A DNA stretch of 64,000 nt from Candidatus Cloacimonadales bacterium (GTDB lineage: Bacteria > Cloacimonadota > Cloacimonadia > Cloacimonadales > JAFGVF01), in contig OY762964.1 in assembly GCA_963667035.1 (NCBI GenBank), positions 416,001-480,000 of the forward strand. The letters run 5' to 3'. This document shows, piece after piece, positions 18,116 through 27,796 of this stretch (positions within the stretch are counted from its first letter, which is position 1; each line of letters opens with the position of its first letter). The notes beneath the pieces are model-generated. The model worked only from the letters and a program-made list of their open reading frames with translations, had not been told where the DNA came from and did no database searches. Made by a program: the position numbers and the translations under genes.

Positions 18116-20533
18116 ATGAGAAAAATATTATTAGTTTTACTTTTTGCCGTGTCAGTGTTATACATTAATGCAACAATTAGAGAAGTATCTCTTGATGGTA
18201 CACATGAATATACTTCTATTCCTTGGGCAATATATGAGTCAGTCGATGGTGATACAGTTCTTGTTCATCCCGGAAGATATCTGCAACATATTGATATTAT
18301 TGATAAGGAGATTACACTGATTAGTAATTACTTTTATTCTGGCAATAGAGATGATATTTACAATACAATTATTGATGCAAATTTTGACTCAAACTGCTTA
18401 AGATTGAATAATGGAGCTATTGCAGTTGTTAATGGTTTTTTAATGGAAAATGGTGTCGGTTTTCAGTCAAGTGGACAATACATCTACGGTGGAGGTATAA
18501 TGGTTTTTGAGAGTTCTTTGGAATTATCAAATAGTATTGTACAGAACTGTTCTTCAATTAATACAGGAGGAATTGGTGTTTATGAGAATAGCTATCTATC
18601 ATTATCTTCAAATATAATTAGGAACAACAAAGCTACTAATCAAGGAGGAGGGATTGGAGCAGTAAGTGGATGTATATTGTATTTTGATCCAATAAATCTT
18701 AATAGTATTTTTGATAATTATGGACAAGTACAAGATATTTATATGTACAATTCGACATCAAACAGTATCACGCTTGATACACTTAGTGTAGATATCTCTG
18801 CACCGGATGGATACTTTGTTTCCTACAATCATTATAGCGAACCTGCTCCTTCTATCTCAAGTAACAACCACTACACCACCCAAGTTGATTCTGATCTATT
18901 CGTATCTACGGTTGGAGATGATAGTAATGATGGCTTAACACCAGAAACAGCCTTAAAAACAATCGCCTATGCAACCAAACTAATTCAACCCAATGAGGTG
19001 AATCCCAATACAGTATTTCTTCTTCCGGGAATATATAGCAAAGAGTTGAATAATCAATTCTTTCCTGTGGCTGTTCAATCGAATACAAAACTATTGGGTG
19101 CAGGTGATGTTCCATTTGATGTCATTATTGGTGATGAGTTGAGTAATAATTCGATTTCAGTTTTCTATGCTGAAAATGTTGAAGTCGGAAACTTTCAGAT
19201 TAGAAGACACAATATGCATGATACATGGGCTTTCAATGTGCATAAGTCTGAGAGTATTCTTGTCAGAGATATTGATTTTGATGAAGCACAGAATAATAGA
19301 CCTGGATTTTCTGTAACTCATTCTACGAAGTTACAACTTAATAATTGCAGTTTTCATGATGTAATTGGAAATTATAGATTCATATATTTGAATACTTATC
19401 GTAGTGATGTTGTTATGAACAATATTATATTGTACAACAATGAAAGTACTGCATCCAATGGACATGTATCTTGCATTTTTTTAGACGACAGCTCAACTAT
19501 TGCTAACAATGTTATACTAGCCAATAATGTTCAAGCATATCCAGGTGCTCTTTTCCAATACGCAAATATTGAGTATAGTGGATTTGAAGATGGTTTAAGT
19601 TTAAGTAATTTTCTTATGTTCAATAATACATCAACAAACGGTACTTTACCAATGACAGTTTTCTTGTGTAACTATAACCCCAGTATTCTTTACAATATGA
19701 CTATTGCCAATAATACAGGACCAACAGGAGTACTTAGATTAGGGGGCGACTACACAGTTAGAAACAGTATTTTATACAACCCAAATGCAGGAGCAGAGTT
19801 AAACATCTGGGAACCAAGTTCCGGAGATTCAAATCCTTTATACTCTTATGTTGATGCAGATTATAACCTTATACGAGGTGGATTAGATGATGTTAATGGT
19901 ACTGAAGAACCCAATAACACCTTAGTATGGGGAAACCACAACATAGATACAGACCCACTATTCCGTGGAGATGTATATGGGGATGTGGAACTTGAAGATA
20001 TAAGATGGGTGCAACTGACGCAAGGATCACCCTGTGTGAATGCAGGAACACCGGATACGCTTGGTATGAACTTACCAACAGTAGATATTGCAGGAAATCC
20101 GAGAGTATGGGATAATATAATCGATATGGGTGCTTATGAATACAATTCCACCCCTAATAGTGATGAGACTGCTCCTACACCACCTGCGACAATACAGGTG
20201 TCTCATTTCCCTAATCCTGTTACACCGAATGGCAGTAACGGGAAAGTAGCATTCATAGAGTTTACACTACCTAAGAAACCGATAGGGAAACCAACCATAG
20301 AAATATATAATATCAAAGGGCAGAAGATTAGAGATTTAAAGATAACCCAGAGTTTCTCACAACTTGTAAGAAGTGCAGGATTATCATCAGAGGAGAAGCA
20401 AACCGGAGAGCATTACTCTAAGATATGGGATTGTAAGGATAATAATCGTAAGACGGTAGCTTCAGGGATATATTTCTATAAGGTTAGTTGTGAGGGTGAA
20501 GAAGCGATTGGTAAAATGATGCTACTAAAATAG
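18116..20533 (+). CDS. Secreted beta-helix (DUF1565-like) protein with choice-of-anchor-Q-like region and FlgD-Ig/T9SS-type CTD
   Basis: Signal peptide, GDTVLVHPGRY, DLFVSTVGDDSNDG.TPETALKTI, SPCVNAG...GNPR...IDMGAYE, HFPNP...SGIYFYKV...KMMLLK. Confidence 0.85.
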   Translation: MRKILLVLLFAVSVLYINATIREVSLDGTHEYTSIPWAIYESVDGDTVLVHPGRYLQHIDIIDKEITLISNYFYSGNRDDIYNTIIDANFDSNCLRLNNGAIAVVNGFLMENGVGFQSSGQYIYGGGIMVFESSLELSNSIVQNCSSINTGGIGVYENSYLSLSSNIIRNNKATNQGGGIGAVSGCILYFDPINLNSIFDNYGQVQDIYMYNSTSNSITLDTLSVDISAPDGYFVSYNHYSEPAPSISSNNHYTTQVDSDLFVSTVGDDSNDGLTPETALKTIAYATKLIQPNEVNPNTVFLLPGIYSKELNNQFFPVAVQSNTKLLGAGDVPFDVIIGDELSNNSISVFYAENVEVGNFQIRRHNMHDTWAFNVHKSESILVRDIDFDEAQNNRPGFSVTHSTKLQLNNCSFHDVIGNYRFIYLNTYRSDVVMNNIILYNNESTASNGHVSCIFLDDSSTIANNVILANNVQAYPGALFQYANIEYSGFEDGLSLSNFLMFNNTSTNGTLPMTVFLCNYNPSILYNMTIANNTGPTGVLRLGGDYTVRNSILYNPNAGAELNIWEPSSGDSNPLYSYVDADYNLIRGGLDDVNGTEEPNNTLVWGNHNIDTDPLFRGDVYGDVELEDIRWVQLTQGSPCVNAGTPDTLGMNLPTVDIAGNPRVWDNIIDMGAYEYNSTPNSDETAPTPPATIQVSHFPNPVTPNGSNGKVAFIEFTLPKKPIGKPTIEIYNIKGQKIRDLKITQSFSQLVRSAGLSSEEKQTGEHYSKIWDCKDNNRKTVASGIYFYKVSCEGEEAIGKMMLLK

Positions 20534-20666
20534 GGTAGGTTTGTCCTGCCTGTTTCTAGATTTTGGGAGTGCATCGTCTTTGTCGATGCTTTAGTTAATG
20601 TACTCTTTTGTATGTCAACCACACTTAATAGATATTCGTTCAAGAGGAGCGATAACAATGTGTTTT

Positions 20667-20737
20667 GGAACGCAGGCATCTTGCCTGCTAAATATGCGGA
20701 CAGGGATGTCCGCGTTCCCAGTAACAAAGCAGGTTCT
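20667..20737 (+). repeat. Structured leader copy 2 (REP-like doublet)
   Basis: GGAACGCAGGCATCTTGCCTGC...GCGGACAGGGATGTCCGCGTTCC; degenerate terminator hairpin at 20533-20551 and an extra REP-like hairpin at 20565-20589. Confidence 0.85.
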
Positions 20738-23158
20738 ATGAGAAAAATATTATTAGTTTTACTATTTACCGTGTCAGTGTTATACATTAATGCAACAATT
20801 AGAGAAGTGTCACTTGATGGTTCACATGAATATACTTCTATTCCTTGGGCAATATATGAGTCAGTTGATGGAGATACAGTGCTGATTCATCCTGGAAGAT
20901 ATCTGCAACATATTGACATTATTGATAAGGAGATTACGCTGATTAGTAATTTCTTTTATTCTGGCAATAGAGATGATATTTACAATACAATTATTGATGC
21001 AAATTATGAGAATAATTGTATTCGTGTAGAAAATAATGCTATCGCAAAAGTAAATGGTTTCAGTTTCACTAATGGTATTGGTTATAGCTATTCAACATCT
21101 ACGTCATACGGTGGTGCCATTACAGTAAATAATTCTTCTGAAATGGAGCTCAATAATAGTATCATATCTAATAACTCAGCTGATTATACTGGAGGTGTAA
21201 ACTGCAATAATTCCAGCATACTTAGACTTTCAGGAAATGTAATAACCAATAATAGTTCCGTTAATGATGCAGGTGGTTTAAGTGCTACTGGAGAAGCAAC
21301 TTTATACTTTGATTCAATCAATTTGAATAATATATATGACAATTATGGGAAGATTCAAGATATTTATATGTACAATTCGACATCAAACAGTATTACGCTT
21401 GATACATTGAGTGTTAACCTAACAGAACCGGATGGCTTTTTTGTCTCTTTTGAGCATTATAGTGAACCTGCTCCATTAGTTTCTTGCATAAACCCCTATA
21501 TGACAAGAGTTAACTCTGATATTTATGTGTCACCCGATGGGGATGATAGCAACGATGGGCTAACTTCTGACACAGCATTACAAACTATTGCGTATGCTAC
21601 AAGGTTAATTGAGCCCAATGAGCAAAATTCTAATACAGTTTTTGTATTACCCGGGACATATAGTAAAGAGTTAAACAATCAGTTTTTTCCTGTCGCAGTT
21701 CAATCGCATACAAAACTATTGGGTGCAGGTGATGTCCCATTTGATGTGATTATTGGTGATGAGTTGAGTAATAATTCGATTTCAGTTTTCTATGCTGAAA
21801 ATGTTGAAGTCGGAAACTTTCAGATGAGAAGGCATAATATGCATGATGCCTGGGCGTTCAAAGTACATGAGTCTGAAAGTATTATTGTCAGAGATATTGA
21901 TTTTGGAGAATCTGTAAATAATAGAGCCGGACTTTCAATCTTTTATTCAAACAGAATAGACATACTTAATTGTTGCTTTCATAACTTCTTTGGAGCATCC
22001 AGATTTAGATCCTTAGTATCATATCGTAGTTCAGTTTTACTAAATAACATATTGATTTATGATAATGAAAGCACTGCAACTAATGGTAGAGTATCATGTA
22101 TTGATCTAGGAGATTCGGCTATTACTGCCAATAATATTGTTGTTACAAATAATCAGCAAGCATATCCTGGAACTCTTTTTCAATATGGAAACACTGGAAG
22201 TAATTCACCCGGTGGAAATATTGAGTTAAGCAATTTCTTAATGTATAATAACATATCGACAAGTAGTTCTTTGCCAATGATGATAATTCTAAATGACTAT
22301 GAACAATGCTATTTAAATAACATGACGATAGCAAACAATTCAGGACCTACTGGTGTGTTAAGATTAGGAGGCGACTACACAGTTAGAAACAGTATTTTAT
22401 ACAATCCAAGTGCCGGGGCTGAGTTGAATATCTGGGAACCAAGTCCCGGAGATTCAAATCCTTTATACTCTTATGTTGATGCAGATTATAACCTTATACG
22501 TGGTGGATTAGATGATGTTAATGGTACTGAAGAACCCAATAACACCTTAGTATGGGGGAATCACAACATTGATACTGACCCACTATTCCGTGGTGATGTC
22601 CATGGTGATGTGGAACTCGAAGACATAAGATGGGTGCAACTTACACAAGGTTCACCTTGTGTGAATGCGGGAACTCCTGATACACTTGGTATGAACTTAC
22701 CAACAGTAGATATTGCAGGGAATCCGAGAGTATGGGATAACATAATCGATATGGGTGCTTATGAGTATAATTCAACACCTAATAGTGATGAAACAGCACC
22801 AACCCCACCAGAAACGATACAAGTATCTCATTTCCCTAATCCGATAACACCTAATGGAGCGAATGGGAAAGTAGCATTTATCGAGTTTACCCTACCTAAG
22901 AAACCAATCGAAAAACCTTCACTGGAGATATTCAATATCAGAGGGCAGAAGATTAGAGATTTAAAGATAACCCAGAGTTTCTCAGAGCTTGTCCGTTCAG
23001 CAGGATTATCAAGCGAAGATAAACAGTCTGGTGAGTACTATTCCCAAGTATGGGATTGCAAGGATAATAATCGTAAATCTGTAGCATCCGGGATATACTT
23101 CTACAAGGTTAGTAGTGGTGGGGATAGTGCGATTGGTAAAATGATGTTACTCAAATAA
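20738..23158 (+). CDS. Secreted beta-helix (DUF1565-like) CTD protein, paralog of 18116
   Basis: Start reassigned to ATG 20738 (MRKILLVLLF) by identity with the 18116 N-terminus; same domain layout. Confidence 0.87.
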   Translation: MRKILLVLLFTVSVLYINATIREVSLDGSHEYTSIPWAIYESVDGDTVLIHPGRYLQHIDIIDKEITLISNFFYSGNRDDIYNTIIDANYENNCIRVENNAIAKVNGFSFTNGIGYSYSTSTSYGGAITVNNSSEMELNNSIISNNSADYTGGVNCNNSSILRLSGNVITNNSSVNDAGGLSATGEATLYFDSINLNNIYDNYGKIQDIYMYNSTSNSITLDTLSVNLTEPDGFFVSFEHYSEPAPLVSCINPYMTRVNSDIYVSPDGDDSNDGLTSDTALQTIAYATRLIEPNEQNSNTVFVLPGTYSKELNNQFFPVAVQSHTKLLGAGDVPFDVIIGDELSNNSISVFYAENVEVGNFQMRRHNMHDAWAFKVHESESIIVRDIDFGESVNNRAGLSIFYSNRIDILNCCFHNFFGASRFRSLVSYRSSVLLNNILIYDNESTATNGRVSCIDLGDSAITANNIVVTNNQQAYPGTLFQYGNTGSNSPGGNIELSNFLMYNNISTSSSLPMMIILNDYEQCYLNNMTIANNSGPTGVLRLGGDYTVRNSILYNPSAGAELNIWEPSPGDSNPLYSYVDADYNLIRGGLDDVNGTEEPNNTLVWGNHNIDTDPLFRGDVHGDVELEDIRWVQLTQGSPCVNAGTPDTLGMNLPTVDIAGNPRVWDNIIDMGAYEYNSTPNSDETAPTPPETIQVSHFPNPITPNGANGKVAFIEFTLPKKPIEKPSLEIFNIRGQKIRDLKITQSFSELVRSAGLSSEDKQSGEYYSQVWDCKDNNRKSVASGIYFYKVSSGGDSAIGKMMLLK

Positions 23159-23209
23159 ACCTTTAAAATGGTCTTTTGACCTTCTAAATGGTTGATTAGA
23201 TATTAATAT

Positions 23210-23307
23210 GGGCAGGCATGTCCTGCCCTTTTTTGGAACGCAGGCATCTTGCCTGCAAAGAATGCGGACAGGGATGTCCGCGTTCCCGGTAATAGCAAAG
23301 CAGGAAT
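23210..23307 (+). repeat. Structured leader copy 3 (cleanest copy)
   Basis: GGGCAGGcatgtCCTGCCC-T6-GGAACGCAGGCATCTTGCCTGCaaagaatGCGGACAGGGATGTCCGCGTTCC...AAAGCAGG. Confidence 0.88.
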
Positions 23308-23423
23308 ATAAAACACTTTGTTTGATAATATCTTATTAACAGCACTGATTGCTATCAATGCAACCACTCTCAATGTTTCTATAGACGGGACTTGTCCATT
23401 TACATCATCAAGATGCAGTTAAC
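23308..23423 (+). pseudogene. Decayed 5' end of a further DUF1565-like paralog
   Basis: With single-base indels restored it reads (M)KTLCLIISLLTALIAINATTLNVSIDGTCPFTSIQDAVN, matching the MKTLCLLISLLT...VSLDG...TSIQSAI starts at 58160 and 60777. Confidence 0.78.
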
Positions 23424-23619
23424 AGAACACGTCAATAGATATCTTAACTAATCCAGCTTAAATAGAACATAATGTAAGGTCAACATGGTCATGCAATAGC
23501 TCAGCTTTAACATTATCAAATAACTATTTATTACCTCGTCATCTTCAAAGTATTTGACAATTTAGAATTTAGTAGATTTTTGTGACAAACTAACTAAATA
23601 CTATAAGAGAAGGTAAACA

Positions 23620-24822
23620 ATGGCATTTGATAAAGAGATGCAGATTATACTAAAGGGTGTTGAGGAGATAGTTCCCAAAGAGGAATTGTTAAAAAAACTT
23701 GAGAAATCAGAGAAAACCGGGAAACCGCTAAGGATAAAATATGGAATCGACCCAACCGGTTCCGAAGTGCATATAGGGCACCTTGTGCCAATAAGGAAAA
23801 TGCGTGAGTTTCAAGATTTAGGTCATATCGGTGTTATCATTATCGGTGATTTCACTGCTCAGATTGGTGACCCTACCGGAAAAGATGAATCACGTCCTCC
23901 TTTAACTGCTGACCAAGTAAATGCTAATGCAGAGAGATACATGGAGCAACTATACACTGTGCTTGATCCGGAAAAAACAGAAGTAAGATGGCAGAGCGAA
24001 TGGTTTGGAAAAATGGGTCTGGATGATGTATTGAAGATGCTAGGTAAATTCACATTAGCTCAATTTTTAGCTCATGATACTTTCAGAAGAAGATATGAAT
24101 CTGGGACTCCTCTTGGAATGCATGAAATCATGTACCCGGTTCTTCAAGGTTATGACTCGGTTGCAATTGATGCGGATATAGAATTGGGAGCAACAGAGCA
24201 AAAGTTCAATATTCTTACCGGTAGAGATATGCAAAGATACTTCGGTATGGAAGAGCAGATAGCAGTACTTTCTCCTATTCTAATGGGGACTGACGGTGTG
24301 AACAAAATGAGTAAGTCACTCAATAATTATATTGCCGTGTTTGATACACCTAAAGATAAGTATGGCAAAACAATGTCTATCCCGGATGATCTTATAATAA
24401 ACTATTTCAACTATGCAACACTACTTAGTGTTGAAGAGATACAAGCAATTGATGCGGAACTAAAATCTGGTTCTAACCCGAAATTTATAAAACAGCGTTT
24501 AGCCCGTGAGATTGTAAAAATGTATCACGGTGAAGAGGAAGCTAAAAAGGCAGAAGAAGAGTTTAATGCAGTCTTTAGTCAAGGCAAGATACCAACAGAT
24601 ATCCCAGAGTTTACATTCACTGAGAATGAGATGGATATTCTTTCACTTTTATCAGAAACAGAACTCTGCACATCCGGGGGAGAAGCTCGTCGTATGATAA
24701 AGCAAGGAGCTGTTTCTCTTGATGGCAACAAGATTGCCTCAAAGGACGAAATCATTAAACTGGAAGGAGAAATGATACTCAAGGTCGGTAAACGCCGTTT
24801 TGCAAAGTTAATTAAAGGATAG
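23620..24822 (+). CDS. tyrS: Tyrosine--tRNA ligase
   Basis: YGIDPTG, HIGH, KMSKS, C-terminal S4 domain (VGKRRF). Confidence 0.97.
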   Translation: MAFDKEMQIILKGVEEIVPKEELLKKLEKSEKTGKPLRIKYGIDPTGSEVHIGHLVPIRKMREFQDLGHIGVIIIGDFTAQIGDPTGKDESRPPLTADQVNANAERYMEQLYTVLDPEKTEVRWQSEWFGKMGLDDVLKMLGKFTLAQFLAHDTFRRRYESGTPLGMHEIMYPVLQGYDSVAIDADIELGATEQKFNILTGRDMQRYFGMEEQIAVLSPILMGTDGVNKMSKSLNNYIAVFDTPKDKYGKTMSIPDDLIINYFNYATLLSVEEIQAIDAELKSGSNPKFIKQRLAREIVKMYHGEEEAKKAEEEFNAVFSQGKIPTDIPEFTFTENEMDILSLLSETELCTSGGEARRMIKQGAVSLDGNKIASKDEIIKLEGEMILKVGKRRFAKLIKG

Positions 24823-24824
24823 TA

Positions 24825-25478
24825 ATGTTTAATATACTATTGATAGCCGTAATTATCTACTCTATCATTTTGCATGAGATAAGTCATGGATTTGTTGCTC
24901 ATTTACTTGGAGATGACACAGCTTACAGACAAGGTCGATTAAGTCTTAATCCATTGAAGCATATAGATACTTTCGGAACAATTATACTACCATTGATGAT
25001 GTATTTGTTCACCGGAATGGCTTTTGGATATGCTAAACCTGTTCCTGTTAATCCATACAATTTTAAATCATATAAAAGAGATATGGGGCTTACCGCTCTG
25101 GCAGGTCCAATTTGTAACATCTCCATCTCAATTTTAATGGCATTTGTATTTGCTCTTCTAGTGAAATTTGGAGCTGTTAATTCTGCTGTAGGAGCTAAGT
25201 TCTGGCAGAACTTAATCCTGATAAATCTCTTCCTTGCATTCTTTAATCTGATACCATTCCCGCCTCTGGACGGCTCAAAAGTTCTGGGGATGTTTCTTTC
25301 AGATGAAGCTTATGTAAAATATACAATGCAAGAACGTAATGGAATGATAATTTTTATTGGTTTGATTATTGCATCCAGATTATTTAAATTCTCCATATTC
25401 AGTTATGTAGTACTTCCACCGGTTATGTTTGTTTACAGACTGATAATGGGATTAATGCAGTTATTACTAGGAATATAA
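24825..25478 (+). CDS. Site-2 protease, peptidase M50 family
   Basis: HEISH zinc motif, AGP..N, FNLIPFPPLDGS. Confidence 0.93.
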   Translation: MFNILLIAVIIYSIILHEISHGFVAHLLGDDTAYRQGRLSLNPLKHIDTFGTIILPLMMYLFTGMAFGYAKPVPVNPYNFKSYKRDMGLTALAGPICNISISILMAFVFALLVKFGAVNSAVGAKFWQNLILINLFLAFFNLIPFPPLDGSKVLGMFLSDEAYVKYTMQERNGMIIFIGLIIASRLFKFSIFSYVVLPPVMFVYRLIMGLMQLLLGI

Positions 25479-25496
25479 AAAATATAGGGAGGAATT

Positions 25497-26918
25497 ATGA
25501 CCTTAGATCAGATTAAAGAGATGATTGCTGAAGGTATGCTCAAAACAGTAGACCTGAAGTATGTAGGTCTTAACGGAAACTGGTATCACATCACATTCCC
25601 AGCAAGACGTTTAGAAGACGTTTTGGAATTTGGTGTTCCATTTGACGGATCAAGTATACCAGGAATGAGGGCTGTGGAATCAGGTGATATGGTTCTTATG
25701 CCGGATATCGAATCAGCTCATCTTGACCCTCTTAGAGATAACCCTACTTTACGTTTCATTTGCTCAATATGCGATGCCGATACAAGAGTTGGAGTTAAAA
25801 AGGACCCGAGAAGTGTTGCTAAAAGAGCACAGGCATACATGGAATCAACCGGTATTGCCGATACATCACTTTGGACTCCTGAATTTGAATTTCATTTATT
25901 TGATTCTGTAGAGTATAGCAATGACCAATACCAAGCCGGTTTTTCAATCTCTTCTTCGGAAGAAAAAAAAGCTATGAGTATGGATATTGAAGATACTCAA
26001 GGTTTATCTCAACAAGATGTTAAAGGCTATCACATGGACGATCCTTTTGATAGCTTTTTTGACCTAAGAGAAGAAGTTGTAACTCTACTCGAAGATATGG
26101 GTATCAAAATTCGTTATCATCATCATGAAGTCGGTCTTGGGTCTCAACAGGAGATTGAAACAGAGTTACTTCCTTTCCCGAAAATTTGCGATGATACAAA
26201 GGTTATCAAAGACCTTATAAGACGCGTTGCCTTAGAATACGGAGCTACAGCTACATTCATGCCTAAACCTGTATATAATGAAGCGGGTAACGGTATGCAC
26301 TTCCACATTATGCTTACAAAGAACGGTAAAAACATATTCTGGAAGAAAGGCGGATATGCGGACCTCTCTGACGAAGCTATCTGGTTTATGGCAGGTATTC
26401 TTAAACACGGACGTTCTATATGTGCTTTCACAAATCCAAGTACAAACTCTTATAAGAGATTGCTCCCGGGATTTGAAGCACCTGTTAAGCTCTTTTTCGG
26501 ATTAGCTAACAGAAGTGCTTGTATCAGAATCCCTAAATATGCGACTGAAGAAGATACAAAGAGATTTGAATTCAGAACAGGTGATGCTACTTGTAATCCA
26601 TACCTGGCAATGAGTGCTTTATTGATGGCCGGTTTGGACGGTATCAAGAATAGGTATAATCCTGCAGATTATAACTTTGGACCTTACGATGATAATATCT
26701 TTGCATGGCCTGAAGATAAAAAATCAACACTCAGCTCAGTACCTGCTAATCTGGAAGAAGCCTTGGTGGCATTGAAAGAGGATCATGAGTACCTACTTGT
26801 AGGTGATGTGTTCAACAAAGAACTCATTGAGAGTCATATCAATGAGAAAATGAAAGAATTAAAAGAGATTAATAATAGACCTCATCCTTACGAGATGAAT
26901 TTATACTATAACGTTTAG
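25497..26918 (+). CDS. glnA: Glutamine synthetase type I
   Basis: FDGSSI, HHEVG, TFMPKP, GNGMHFH, NSYKRL.PG.EAP, NRSACIRIP, FEFR. Confidence 0.96.
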   Translation: MTLDQIKEMIAEGMLKTVDLKYVGLNGNWYHITFPARRLEDVLEFGVPFDGSSIPGMRAVESGDMVLMPDIESAHLDPLRDNPTLRFICSICDADTRVGVKKDPRSVAKRAQAYMESTGIADTSLWTPEFEFHLFDSVEYSNDQYQAGFSISSSEEKKAMSMDIEDTQGLSQQDVKGYHMDDPFDSFFDLREEVVTLLEDMGIKIRYHHHEVGLGSQQEIETELLPFPKICDDTKVIKDLIRRVALEYGATATFMPKPVYNEAGNGMHFHIMLTKNGKNIFWKKGGYADLSDEAIWFMAGILKHGRSICAFTNPSTNSYKRLLPGFEAPVKLFFGLANRSACIRIPKYATEEDTKRFEFRTGDATCNPYLAMSALLMAGLDGIKNRYNPADYNFGPYDDNIFAWPEDKKSTLSSVPANLEEALVALKEDHEYLLVGDVFNKELIESHINEKMKELKEINNRPHPYEMNLYYNV

Positions 26919-26926
26919 AAAAGGAG

Positions 26927-26949
26927 AAGGGGGTTAAACAACCCCCTTT
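26927..26949 (+). terminator. Probable terminator after glnA
   Basis: AAGGGGGTT/AACCCCCTT hairpin followed by T-rich sequence. Confidence 0.6.
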
Positions 26950-26958
26950 ATTTATATT

Positions 26959-27729
26959 ATGATTGATTTAATAAAACAACAATTTGAGACTCTTACTGCT
27001 AAATACCTGAAAAATGAACCGGATTATGATATTAACATCAATCTGAAAATTGAGCACTCTATTAGAGTTGCTGAACTAACAGAAAAAATTGCTACTTTAG
27101 AAACCAGATTTAACTTTGACCCAGAGCTTGCCTACACGGCAGGACTTCTACATGACATTGGTAGATTTGAACAATACAGACGTTATGCTAGTTTTAATGA
27201 CAGATTATCTGCCAACCACGGAGAGTTAGGCTATGAAATGCTTAAAGACTCCGACATGCTTGTCAATACAATGCCACTTGTATGGAGAGAGATTGTTTTA
27301 GCTGTTACGAGAACTCATAATGCTTTAAAAGTTCCAAGGGATTTAAATATTGTATCCAGAGAATATGTTAATCTTGTAAGAGATGCAGATAAGATTGACG
27401 TCATCAGATTATTTCTGAAATTGTTTAATGAGAAGAAGATTACCGAGTGCTTAGTGCACAAACTGCCTATAACTGATGATTACACTGAAAAATTAGCACA
27501 TAAGCTTATTAAAAATAAACCGATACTCGGCAAAGAACTTAAGACTGTAACAGACTTTAAACTCTTACTTCTTAGTTGGCTTAAGGATATAAATTATTCG
27601 TCTTCTGCCCGGATAATGATTGATGAGAAATTGGGACATGAGATAAAGAATACTCTTCCTAAAGACCAACTTATTGAAGATGCATATCAAGCTGTTCTTG
27701 GGAGTCTGAAACGCAAGTTCTCATTATAA
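26959..27729 (+). CDS. HD-domain phosphohydrolase
   Basis: EHSIRV, GLLHDIGRF, RDADKID. Confidence 0.88.
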   Translation: MIDLIKQQFETLTAKYLKNEPDYDININLKIEHSIRVAELTEKIATLETRFNFDPELAYTAGLLHDIGRFEQYRRYASFNDRLSANHGELGYEMLKDSDMLVNTMPLVWREIVLAVTRTHNALKVPRDLNIVSREYVNLVRDADKIDVIRLFLKLFNEKKITECLVHKLPITDDYTEKLAHKLIKNKPILGKELKTVTDFKLLLLSWLKDINYSSSARIMIDEKLGHEIKNTLPKDQLIEDAYQAVLGSLKRKFSL

Positions 27730-27796
27730 AAGAAAAGAAAGCTTGACAGGGTATTTTTTTTGATACTTATACAGAATTTATAAGGATGGTAGGAAA

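Noticed and set aside
20612..20737. N-terminal extension of the 848-aa ORF
   Set aside because: It is translation through the REP-like leader; the paralog-matched start is 20738
17970..23307. Integron cassette array with attC sites
   Set aside because: The repeats lack RYYYAAC/GTTRRRY ends and no integrase is visible
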